From Podarcis liolepis (Eukaryota), in NCBI GenBank assembly GCA_965112155.1, contig OZ218102.1: a stretch of DNA of 64,000 nt; one strand, 5' to 3'. The notes below the pieces were generated by a model. That model ran no database searches. It had not been told where the DNA came from and saw only the letters and a program-made list of their open reading frames with translations. The position numbers were made by a program, and so were the translations under genes. This document shows, one piece after another, positions 1-10,519 of this stretch. The number at the start of each line of letters is the position of its first letter. Position 1 is the stretch's first letter.

Positions 1-521
1 CAACATCCACAGCCACATGCTACTCAATCCTGGGTTAGACCCTAAGTCGGCTTAGTACAGTTTTTGTCTTGTATTCTTAGGCATATGGGATTGAGCACTA
101 AATGTCAATGAACCTCAATGGATATGTTCAAGCTGTTACCTTTATTACTGTCACTGTTTAACATTTATGTTTTTTGGAATCTTATCCCTTTCCTCCTTTT
201 CAGAGAAAATTCAGGGTGGCGGCTTACAAAAAATAGGTTGACAGTAATGAAATATATGGCAATCCCCATTAAAACCTATGGATGGGGACATCAAACCCAA
301 AAACTCCAAACAAAATCCCAAGATAGCTAATGAAATGAAGGCATAAAAGATACACCAGCAAAAAGAGAACAATCAGGTAATAGTTGTTTGAAAAAACAAA
401 CACCCACCCTGTCTGTTAGCCACTTAAAACAATACAGTGGTGTGTGGTGTACCTCATGGGAAGAAGTATTGAACAGGTTAGAGGCCCTAGCTGTAGTTAC
501 TGGGGGGGGGGGGTCCCAGTT

Positions 522-691
522 TCCGTCATGGTGTCCCGTTGCGCCAGAAACGGTTTAGTCACGCTGGCCACATGACCTGGAAAGCTGTCTGTGGACAAAT
601 GCCGGTGCCCTTGGCCTGAAAGCGAGATGAGCGCCGCAAACCCTTAGTCGCCTTTGACTGGACTTAATCATTCAGGGGTCCTTTACCTTTA
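522..691 (+). mobile_element. 5'-truncated Sauria SINE (3' half)
   Basis: Ends in the (ACCTTT)n tail typical of Sauria SINEs; it is the reverse complement of copies at 8426 and 40365; flanked by CCCAGTT at 515-521 and 692-698 (likely TSD). Confidence 0.85.
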
Positions 692-1857
692 CCCAGTTCA
701 ATAAGGGATAGATTTCTTTAGGAATATATATTTATTTTTATTTTAAAAAAACCTACTGCTATTATTGATAACCAACATCCCCAATGCAAAAATAAATAAT
801 AACACCACCATTCTTTGAAACGACTTCATCAACTAATAACAATGTTGCTACCATTTTGCTGTATTGTGACTAATACATTAAACAAGCTAGCAGTATAACA
901 TTGTGTTTTATCTTTATCTGTTTAGGGGTTTTAAAGGTTAACACCAGCACCTTGAATTTGCAGATCAATAACAATGTGCTGTGCTGTTCAAAGAACAGGG
1001 TGGAGTTGGTTTTGCCCTATAATTCTTTGCCATAGCTGCATATATCCATGCAGTATGTATCCATTTGCTGCATGAAATACTTGGGTAAATACCAAAGTGG
1101 AAGGTTGTGCATTGTTAATTTTAGTATTCAGAATCTTGCTACAGAAATGTTGGAGATCCTTATTAAATGGATAACAACATACACAGTTTCTTGTGATCAA
1201 CCATTTATGGTATATTTTATTGTGGCGATAAGCAGGTAACCATAAAACACATTTCTCTTTTCAGTATATCTATCTTTCTGAAGAGCATTGTATGTGTTTT
1301 ATAGCGTATTTTGGGATAAAGAGAAAGTAATGATTTCCACAGCAGTAGACATAATGAACAAAAAAGGATTGCTAGAAAATGTAAAAAATATATATCCAGA
1401 AATTGCTATTCCTTTAGAAACCTCTTGCTCACGTCATGTAATATTGATCACTTGTGACTTTGCACACTGTAACTTTGGGGAAAGATAGATTTTTATCTCC
1501 TCTTCCAAAGAGCATTTAAAGAGTGGCATGGTGATTCCACTGATGAATGACTGAAGGAGGTTTCTGGATTGATGAATCTGGAACTGGGGTGGTGTTTTCA
1601 CAGACCGAATTCCAATAACATGCCAAGACTGATTGCGGCATGCTCTGCACCTAATCACAGAGGATTTCTGTGTCCTAGCTGGTTAGTGCTGCAATTATGG
1701 CTTTTAAATGGGGGTGGGAGACCACTGTAGAAGAGGCCAACATTCCTCATGTTACTTTGCTCCAGGAAATCAAAATACTAAAGACAGCAAGGTTAAAAAT
1801 CTCCCAGTCTCACTGTTTTATCTTTTTGATTCCTTGTCTTTATAAGAGGTTAAGAGC

Positions 1858-2050
1858 AGAATCCCATATGTGTTTACTTAGAAGTAAGCCCTATTGAGTT
1901 CAGCGGAACTTAGGGAAGAGTGTACTTAAGCACCTCGAACTTTATAAATCTTACTACTTAGTAGGCTTGTATAAAATCGCACTCCAAAGCTGCAATCTTT
2001 TGCCCACTTCCCTGACAGTGGTCCCCACTGAACTCACTTTTGAGCAGACA
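1858..2050. repeat. Two degenerate copies of a short quasi-palindromic interspersed repeat (probable old non-autonomous DNA transposon)
   Basis: Motif TTTACTTAGAAGTAAGCCC-ATTGAGTTCA recurs at about 6985, 16325, 25010, 34800 and 53345. Confidence 0.5.
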
Positions 2051-2197
2051 TAGAATCATACAGTGGTAGAGTTGGAAGGGACCCTGAGGACCGTCTGGTC
2101 CAATCTCCTTCAATGCAGGAATATGCAGCTGCCCCTTACGGGGATCAAACTTGCAACCTTGGCATTATCAGCACCATGCTTTAGCCAACTGAGCTAT
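2051..2197 (-). mobile_element. tRNA-derived SINE with CR1-like 3' tail
   Basis: Minus strand starts TAGCTCAGTTGG (A box) and ends GGTCCCTTCCAACTCTAC...ATTCTA (CR1-type terminus); sister copy at 10374. Confidence 0.75.
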
Positions 2198-2692
2198 GTA
2201 TTAGCACTGTACTGAAATGTGTGAGGGCTGGAATGGTGGAAGAAATTTGAATATCGCCTGATGCATCAGGCAAGACTAGTATGTTCACCGTTTTCTTGGT
2301 TGTGTAGATGTACCGGGGAAAAGATGGCATGGCAATTCATTTTTATTAGAATAGTCCTTTACTCGTTTTACTGGAGGGGCCCCTTGAAGAAGAGCGGGAG
2401 ATTGGTGGTTTGAAGGCACTCTGCTAGCTTTCCAGGAGGCGGGTTGCTGTTGCTTACAAGGGGGGAGACAGGAAGGGGTAGTAAGGCCAGCATGGTGCAA
2501 ACGCACCAGCAGGAACACAGGATTGGCTTTGCCAGTGTGTTTACACCACACAGACTTCTACATTGCCTCATCCCTGTTCCTTCCAGCATGCAACAGTGAC
2601 CCACCTCCCAGGAAGCTAGTGTAGTTGCTCACATGGCAAGCCAGTTCTTCAGGCCAGGATTCTGCTACTACCTTTCAGGTGTGTGGCTAGGA

Positions 2693-3026
2693 CAGGGGTC
2701 TGCAACCTTTAAGACAAAAAGAGCCATTTGGACCCGTTTCCGAAGAAAAAACAACAACTGGGAGACGCAAAACCATTGCGACATTTAAAACAAATATATC
2801 TCCGGAGCCACGATCTGACAGCGGGCGGGAAGGTGATGTCGGGACGGTGCGTGACTAACTCACGCCCCGCCCCCATGCGACGTCACAGCCAGTACAGTGC
2901 CCGCAACAGTGAGGAGTGTCGGGGCGCACAATGCGCCTCCTCCCCTTGCTAGTATCCGCCCCAGAGCCGCAGCAAAGATGTAAAAGAGCCACATGCGGCT
3001 CCGGAGCCGCGGGTTGCAGACCCCTG
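2693..3026. mobile_element. Non-autonomous hAT transposon (MITE)
   Basis: Perfect 15-bp TIRs CAGGGGTCTGCAACC/GGTTGCAGACCCCTG; 8-bp TSD GGCTAGGA at 2685-2692 and 3027-3034; CpG-rich, so probably young. Confidence 0.92.
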
Positions 3027-3899
3027 GGCTAGGAGCTGTCCCTTCATACATTTCTCATGCCTCTGAATTGGCTGCAGATGGCCAGTGGTATTCCTCAGGT
3101 GGCTGGACTTTGTTCTGGGCTTGCCTCTTCCTGATCCCATCTTTAGGTTCTGATTCAAATGGGCTGTTGCAAACATACCTACAAAGGCACTTCCATGCAT
3201 AAGGAATAAAATATGTACCCGCAAGTAGAAATCACTACGCTTTCCCCCCATGTTTAGAGAATTTCATCGGGCAGGCAAAGGGTGCTCCGAGCTTTCTGAG
3301 AGAGAGAGAGAACAAATCCTATGTAACAAATTCAGCACTTGTGAAAACACCCTCTGCTTTTCAGAGTTAACTAAACTGGAACAAAACCATGCAATCTTGT
3401 GAAAGTCCCGTCAGATTAATTTGGTTTATGAAATTTACAACAGCTCTTCTCTCTCCCACGGGCCGAAAAATACCGCAGTTGTTTGCCTCTCTGAATAATA
3501 ATCATTACCATCTTCATCTCTCTCTCTTTCTCTGTCTTTTTCTTCTTCTTCTTCTTCTGGCGGAGAGTATCCTGACTAGTAATAGTGCAAAGCAAACTCC
3601 TTTCTTAAAGAAGCCATTTTAAGACGTGAGCCCCTGGGGAGCTGAGTTCTGGTGTGAACACGAGCCTCAGAAAACCGTAGGCCGTTTGTTGACGCTATCG
3701 CTTTAAGTGTCGACCCGAAGCGTATCGTGTTGCTTTAAACCAGATTGCCTGCTTAATATTTAAGGTGATGGTTATGGAATCACTTTATCCCCTCCGAGAT
3801 TGGCTTTGGAGGCAGCTGGGCAGGCTGAAGATACCCACCGCTCCTACCTCCTAGGTTTGTGCCTCGGGAAGGTATTTTTGATCCTTCCTAACCTGCCTG

Positions 3900-4792
3900 G
3901 GATCTACTGGCAGGCTATGTGCTGACTGAACGGAATAGTTCTCCAGCAGTTTAAAAAGAGAGAGAGAGAGGAGGGGAGAGAGAGAGAGAGAGAGAGAGAG
4001 AGTGTGTCGAGCTGCTTTCTGTAGAGGAGGCAGGGCTTATGGTTTAGAAGGAAGTGAACTGGATAGGTCAGGAGACTGTACCATTTGTGAACACCCCTTT
4101 CCCTTTTATATTCATCTGTCAGATACAGTAGGCGTGCTCTGGGCTTGCTGGGCTTCGATGCAAAGCGGGGAGAAAAGCAGCCTAAATGTGACCTGCAGTT
4201 GGGAAGCTTGCTGCTTTTCCTGCTTTCCTTTTTATCCCCCCCCCCCTTGCTCTGCAGCCCACCCCCTTTCCTCTGCCTGGACTCTGCAAGCACTTGGTGC
4301 TGGAGTTGGAAGATGTTTGGGAAAAACAACAGCTAACATGGTTTATTCCACACGCTGCATGTTGGGTAAATTTCAAAACCCACATGGTCGTCCTCTTGCA
4401 GTGGAATAAAGTCGCATCTGATGGACGTCTTCTCTGCTTATAGCATAGCAATGAACGTCTGACAGGCGCGACCTTTCATAAGACAGCCCACACGACTGGC
4501 TTTCTGCCCAGAATATTGCTGCAACACTGTCTGTGATTGGTTATCTCCCTATCATCATGCCTTGCTTCAGAAGGGGAGAACGGCCCCCTTTTTAATAAGC
4601 CCACGATGGCCGGCTGCAATATGCTGCACTGTAAGTATTTTTTGTTTTGTTTTGAGACCGAGAAGGGGGGGTGGGGAATCATGCTGTGTAGAGAGTAGTA
4701 AGGCAGAGAGGAGCACATGGCGACGTGATTATGCTGTGAGACATCAGTGAAGTGCTGCTTGGTAAATTTTAACGTATCTGTTTTTTCTACAG
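3900..4792 (+). promoter_or_regulatory. Putative proximal promoter / regulatory region upstream of the MBNL1 first coding exon
   Basis: Lies in a block with no recognisable TEs (about 3030-6770); modest CpG retention, a (GA)n tract and a GTAAGT donor at 4631; function is inferred only. Confidence 0.35.
3957..4002. repeat. (GA)n microsatellite
   Basis: Directly visible, one interruption. Confidence 0.95.
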
Positions 4793-5711
4793 GTTGGTAC
4801 TAAGAAGTGCCTTTCCTGACGTCTCTGCTGCTTGGAACCGCTTCTAGAGCAGACTCTGCTTTTTGCCTTGCTTGCTGCCAGCTAGACTGCGACGACAGCT
4901 CATCCACTCGCCACCTCTAGCCCAGCCACCCCTCCCCTCATTTCTACTTATAATCAAGAGAAAGAGAAAGAGAGAGAGAAAAAAGCTCTAAGCATCAGGC
5001 ATTGCCCTAGGCTGCTTTAGTTATTCTTTTTAGAAATAATAAGCATAACGACAACAACAAAAGTTTGCTGGAAAAGTGAGATAATCTTCTGCCAGAAAGG
5101 AAAAAAAAATATCAAAGAGAGGAGGAGCAAAATAAACCGTTCCTTGATTTATCTCTTTAAACTGCTGCATCTGTCTGTGCCAAACTAATCGATACCAATT
5201 GCGCCACACCAAAAAAATTGAATAAATCGAAATCTCAATAATAAAATTAATAATAACAATTGCAGATTCAGCCGTGTGGAGATTCCCCTTTCAGGCAACT
5301 TTTTCCTGAGAGCAGCTTGGAAATTCTCTGCTGAAGGGTCTCCCACGTTCTGCTGCTTGCATTTTGGCCTCCCAATTTGGCACTCAAGAATGGTTTACTG
5401 AGAGAACAAGGCTCATTCCAGGCCACACTTTTAAATGCTCATTTTTCTGACGACCTTAAGTTCCAAAACCACCCCCCTCTTCTGATTGACAGTTTTGCGC
5501 TGTGACTTTCTAGTGGGAAATCTATTCCTTGCTGTTGCGACAACACAACTTTACATCTTTTAACGTTGGGCTTTGGGGGCTTTGGGGGCAGCATTTTGGA
5601 GGTGGCATTTTTCATCGTTTCCAGTCTTATCAGTTTGGCCTCTTCTCTCCTTTTTTTTTAATTTGTTTGTTTCATTGACAATTTTAACTACCTGTAAAAA
5701 AAAATCTAAAC
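4793..5711 (+). other. MBNL1: MBNL1 5'UTR portion of the first coding exon (exon 4793-5885, 1093 nt)
   Basis: Acceptor TTTTAAC...TCTGTTTTTTCTACAG| at 4792; the following GTTGGTACTAAGAAGTGCCTTTCCTGACGTCTCTGCTGCTTGG matches my recollection of the start of the mammalian MBNL1 exon; strong ATG depletion (only 2 upstream ATGs). Confidence 0.8.
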
Positions 5712-5885
5712 ATGGCTGTAAGTGTCACACCAATCCGGGACACAAAATGGCTAACACTGGAAGTGTGTCGTGAGTTCCAAAGAGGGACTTGCTCACGTCC
5801 AGATACGGAATGTAAATTTGCACATCCATCGAAAAGCTGCCAAGTTGAAAATGGACGCGTAATCGCCTGCTTTGATTCATTGAAA
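5712..5885 (+). CDS. MBNL1: Muscleblind-like protein 1, first coding exon (aa 1-58; CCCH zinc finger 1 and start of finger 2); partial CDS
   Basis: [58 protein letters not shown] is the MBNL1 N-terminus (MBNL2 starts MALNVAP, MBNL3 MTAVNVA); Kozak AAACATGG; phase-0 donor AAA|GTGAGT at 5885/5886. Confidence 0.98.
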
Positions 5886-6767
5886 GTGAGTAAATATTAT
5901 CATTCTTTTCAAAGCTAAGACAAAAATAATGACTGAAACAGTTGTAATCACTGAAGCAATTGAGTTTTAAAGGATGCTATTTTTTTAATCTTATTAATGA
6001 GGTTGTGGTTTTAATAATTACACTTTAAGGCAGGGAGAGAGTGTGGGGGTTTTCAGAAGGGCTAGGCTCTGTATTCTTGCAGTTTATTATAGTTCCTTCA
6101 TCCTTAGAATTACAGTGTATCTTTAAGTTGGAATGTTAAGAAGCACCATTTGTGCACCTCAGAAGAGTGTTAGTCCATAGTACTGCAAAAAGCAAATACA
6201 ATTCATGTTTAGACTGAAAGATGGACTCAGGTCTGAACTGTTAAAGGCTGGGATTATCTACTCTGAAAGCTCTTACAGCAATAATTTTGTTAGTCATTAG
6301 GACATGAAAGGGTTCTGCCTTTTTTTCTTTTGTAGAAAAAATTCAACGGTTAATTCTCTGTGTGTGCTTAAAGTGAAAAAAATTAGAGTCCTCAAACTAA
6401 AGGCCATGTCTTCTGAACAATTGTTTGGTGCTGAGAGCATACCTAGATAGTTGCTGTGTGTAGTCAGCAGTCACAAAGTCTGAGAATTTCCTTCGTTAAC
6501 ATTTCACTAAAATTCTCAATTAAAAGATCACTTGTATAAGTCTCAGCTTATGAAAGGATCGCCTGTTTAAATATTGGATTTGAAAACCATGTTTCTGCAC
6601 TTATGAAAGAGAACTATAGCTAATGCTCTATGGATATCTTACTGCTTCAGGAAAATGGATAATGTCTAGAATTGCTGTTTTCAAATATGTTCCTGCTTCC
6701 ATCAGTCAGGCTTGAGACTTATCTTCTGCCCTAGTTTACTATGTTTGAAATCCCAGACTTGTTTATT

Positions 6768-6951
6768 TGGGAGACAGGTTGTAGCTAAGTGGTGGAGCAT
6801 CTGCTTTGCATGCAGAAGGTTTCAAGTTCACTCCCTGGCATCTGTATGGCTGGAATTGTTCCTTGTCTGAAACCCTGTAGCGTCTCTGCCATTCAGCCTT
6901 GGAAATACTGAGCTAGGTATACCAGTGGTCTGCCATAAGGCATATGTTCCT
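6768..6951 (+). mobile_element. tRNA(Ala)-like SINE
   Basis: Head GTAGCTAAGTGGTGGAGCATCTGCTTTGCATGCAGAAGG; body shared with 8892, 11086, 13653 and 26765. Confidence 0.7.
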
Positions 6952-7049
6952 TTGAGCATACAGATTAGGGCTTCAGTCTAGCATGCACTTACCTGGGAGT
7001 AATCCCCATTGAACATGGTGGAATTTACTTCCAAGTAAAAATGCATAGG

Positions 7050-7204
7050 CAATGGCGTAGCGTGGGGGGTGCAGGGGGCCGGCCGCACCGGGCGCAACAT
7101 CTGAGGGGGGGGGCGCTCGCACTCGCAGCTCTCTGCCCCTAGGGCAGAAGGGGCACAAATTACTTGCCTTGCCCCGGGTGCTGACAACCCACACTACGCC
7201 ACTG
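7050..7204. mobile_element. GC-rich hAT MITE
   Basis: TIRs CAATGGCGTAG/CTACGCCACTG; 8-bp TSD TGCATAGG at 7042-7049 and 7205-7212; inserted into an older palindromic repeat. Confidence 0.88.
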
Positions 7205-7424
7205 TGCATAGGCTTACGCTCAATGCACCTTGACCTCAACATTCCACAGTCCATGCAGGTAAAGGGCTTGAATTTCAAATTGCTTAGTCTGATTGACTTA
7301 AATGGAACTGAACTGATTTAAATGCAAGTATTTAGGCTTCATTTAGGGTTCTGAATCTGGTTGAGAGCCAGGATGGCTTTTGCATGTTACAGAGCAGTGA
7401 GAAATCAATACGTGGTTGAGTCAT

Positions 7425-7425
<1 letters not shown>

Positions 7426-7458
<33 letters not shown>
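7426..7458. repeat. (CA)n microsatellite
   Basis: Directly visible. Confidence 0.95.
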
Positions 7459-7460
<2 letters not shown>

Positions 7461-8425
7461 TTCCTGCCCCTGATGTAATGTCTAAAGAAGTGATGCCTGT
7501 AATTGATGAACCTATAGCTGGACAAAGTGGAAGTTGAAGGAGAAATGTATGTTTGCTTGTTTTAAAAATGAAATAGGGCTGCCATTCCAGCCAAATATTT
7601 GGACTTGAAATTAGGCTGTGAAGGGGCAAATGTTCAGCTCTGCCTCGTTTATGACTGGACTTGTTCATACTGACTGGACAGCAGTTGCCAGAACTGTGAG
7701 AAAAGTAAATTCTCTGCTCTATGTTTGCTTTGGTGGCTGAAGGCATGTTGTGGGTTGTGACTTGCCATTTGGCCATATCACACTCAAGGTCAGCTTAGAT
7801 TTTCTTGCTGTAGAATAACGTTGTAATACTACTTGTCAGCCACATAGGCCATGTTGGAGTGACGATCATCTGCCTGCCTATCTATCTGTCTATTGCTGTT
7901 TTCGGATGCTCCATAGCTAGCGCACAAATTTCTGTTAGCCCCGGGAGCCTTGGTTGCCAAAGCTAGTGAGCCAAGCATTTGTCGTTTCGTTCTGCTGCTT
8001 GGCAACCATAGCCATTCTTAAGGATTAGGAAAGCTCTCCATTAAGCGTTGCTGCTAGGTAACTTCCATTCATTTGATTACGGGTACCATTGTGCAAGCTG
8101 TTGTTGCAATGACTGAGGGATGCAGCACAAAGGGCAGGTGAGAGACACTCAATACTACACCTTAGCCATAGGCCATGGGTAAGGAGTGTCAGTCCCTGCA
8201 ACCAGATGTGGCCCTCCAAGCTTCTCTATCTGGGTCTTGGTGACTCTGCCATGCCACCTCTCACCAGCCCTGTTCCAAACCCGTTTCAAGAGCTTTTGCC
8301 AAACTGGAAGCTTTTGCAAACTACGAGAGAGATTGTTCTTTTCCTCCCCACCCCCAATCGTTTTATTTGTTTATAAAATTGTATATCCTCCCCTTCAGTT
8401 CTGCTGAAACTCTTGGAGCAACTTA

Positions 8426-8758
8426 AAGGTAAAGGGACCCCTGACCATTAGGTCCAGTCGTGACCGACTCTGGGGTTGTGGCGCTCATCTCGCTTTATTG
8501 GCCGAGGGAGCCGGCGTACAGCTTCCAGGTCATGCGGCCAGCATGACTAAGCTACTTCTGGCGAACCAGAGCAGTGCACGGAAACACCATTTAACTTCCC
8601 GCTGGAGTTGTACCTATTTATCTACTTGCACTTTGACTTGCTTTCGAACTGCTAGGTTGGCAGGATCAGGGACCAAGCAATGGGAGCTCACCCTGTTGCG
8701 GGGATTCGAACCGCCAACCTTCTGATCGGCAAGTCCTAGGCTCTGTGGTTTAACCCAC
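8426..8758 (-). mobile_element. Sauria SINE, near full length
   Basis: + strand starts AAGGTAAAGGGACCCCTG (reverse tail); tRNA B box GGTTCGAATCC on minus; TSD AGCAACTTA at 8417-8425 and 8759-8767. Confidence 0.93.
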
Positions 8759-8891
8759 AGCAACTTACAATGGTGGAATAAAACAAGTGATTTGTTTTCT
8801 CATATTTGTATCTCACTTCTCATCCTTTACGGAACCCAAGGTGAAACGTGTGGTTTCTGGGGTGTCTTCCATTCATTCGGTGTTCTGGAAT

Positions 8892-9075
8892 GGGGAAAGG
8901 CTGTAGCTCAGTGGTAGAGCACGTACTTTTCTTGCAGAAGGTCCCAGGTCCCTGGCATCTCCAGTTAGAGCTGGGAGAGACTCCTGCCTGAAATGTTGGA
9001 GAGCTGTTGGAAGTTAGTGTAGCCAGTACTGAGCTAGATGGAGCATTGCTCCGACTCTATATAAGGTAACTTCCT
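8892..9075 (+). mobile_element. tRNA(Ala)-like SINE
   Basis: GCTGTAGCTCAGTGGTAGAGCA head, same family as 6768. Confidence 0.75.
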
Positions 9076-9459
9076 TTACCCCAGGCTCAGGCGTTCTTAG
9101 CACCAGCAAGGTAAGTGCCTTCGGACCATACTCTCAGCCATTTAAAAACGTGGATTTTCAATACAAAGCAACAGACTATACAGGGAAGGGTTGAGTTCAG
9201 TGTTAGAAACTCAGATATATAAGCCAGGCTCCAAATGGCTTCTTAAACCAATGTTACAGTCACCAAAAGGAAATGTCTAGTTGTCATTTTTGGGCAAGAC
9301 AGTGCTAAATAATGGACTGACTGTGATTGAATATCAGTTAAACATCTGGCTAGTTCAGATAACAGCATCCCTGCTCCCCTGTAGAGTCTGAAGGGGACTT
9401 CAGTCTTCTGTGGCAAGGATGGATGATTTCTTGATGCCTAAGCATGGAAACTTTTAAAC

Positions 9460-9587
9460 TGGTGTGGGGAAGACCTGACCCACCAGATGTTGAGGAACTG
9501 TAACTCACATCGGTGCCAGCGATGGCCAGGGATGGTGGAAACTGTAGCTCAGCAACATCTGGAGGGCCAGAGGTTCCTCACACCTGC
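9460..9587. mobile_element. Degenerate palindromic hAT MITE
   Basis: CCAGATGTTG...CAACATCTGG fold-back; same family as 62785. Confidence 0.65.
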
Positions 9588-10079
9588 TTTAAAACGTTGA
9601 ATAGGACACAAAATGAAAATTTTGTTGGGCCACAAATGGTGTGCAGCTGCAGTCAAACTATAATTAAACATTTTATGTCCCTTGATCACGAAATTTTGCT
9701 TTTTATGGAACTATTCACAAGGCTGGTTTAACTGCTTATGGGAGTTGACTGCTCATGGGAACAAGTGTTCTGTTGTGAGGAGGAATTGCAAAGGAGACTT
9801 CTTGGAGTGGATTCTGGTTTTCAAACTCCCACCATGCATGGAAGTTGGTGTGGTATCTTGCTCGAGGCTCCACAACCACCCTAGAACTAGCACCCATTAA
9901 GCAATGATAGAGTTGTCATGCCCAGAATGTAGAGTCTGGTGAAATTGAAAATCCACGCACACAACAATGTAGTGTGACTTTATTTTGGTTTTGATTGATC
10001 ATACAAAATTTTGTTTTTTCAGTGTTTCGCAAGCCACCTTCTAAGACGTTTTCCTAAAAGATGTGTTGCAAATCTAATA

Positions 10080-10368
10080 CAGTGGTACCTCGCAAGACGA
10101 ATGCCTCGCAAGACGAAAGAGTTTTCCGTTTTTTGAGTCGTTCCGCAACACGAATTTCCCTAAGGGCTTGCTTCGCAAGATGAAACATCTTGCGAGTTCT
10201 TGCGAGTTTGTTTCCTTTTTCTTAAAGCTGCTAAGCCGTTAATAGCTGCTAAGCCGCTAAGCCGTTAATAGCCGCTAAGCCACTAATAGCCGTGCTTCGC
10301 AAGACGAAAAAACCACAAGAGGAAGAGACTCGCAGAACGGATTAATTTCGTCTTGCGAGGCACCACTG
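10080..10368. mobile_element. Tc1/mariner (Tigger-like) MITE with internal TAAGCCGC minisatellite
   Basis: TA TSD; TIRs CAGTGGTACCTCGCAAGACGAA/TTCGTCTTGCGAGGCACCACTG. Confidence 0.92.
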
Positions 10369-10373
10369 TAAAT

Positions 10374-10519
10374 GGAATCATAGAATTGTAGAGTTGGAAG
10401 GGACCCTGAGGGATCATCTAGTCCAACCCCCTGCAATGCAGGAATATGCAGCTGTCCCACACAGGGATTGAACCTGCAACCTTGGCGTTATCAACGCCAA
10501 GCTCTAAGCAACTGTGCTA
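10374..10519 (-). mobile_element. tRNA-derived SINE with CR1-like 3' tail
   Basis: Homologous to 2051-2197. Confidence 0.8.

Noticed and set aside
1201-1210. CArG boxes CCATTTATGG and CCTTTATAGG (12060)
   Set aside because: A handful are expected by chance in 64 kb; no supporting context.
5568-5605. G-quadruplex in the 5'UTR
   Set aside because: Only three runs of 3 or more G; not a canonical three-tier G4.
5886-5918. ORF extension [10 protein letters not shown] in the ORF track
   Set aside because: Read-through of the GTGAGT donor into the intron; not part of spliced MBNL1.
8898-8960. tRNA-like sequences (also 6780, 2130-2197, 42181, 60250)
   Set aside because: SINE heads with degenerate cloverleaves followed by SINE bodies; not tRNA genes.
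10225-10290. Short repeat arrays resembling CRISPR or iterons
   Set aside because: Eukaryotic MITE-internal minisatellite; no unique spacers or cas genes.
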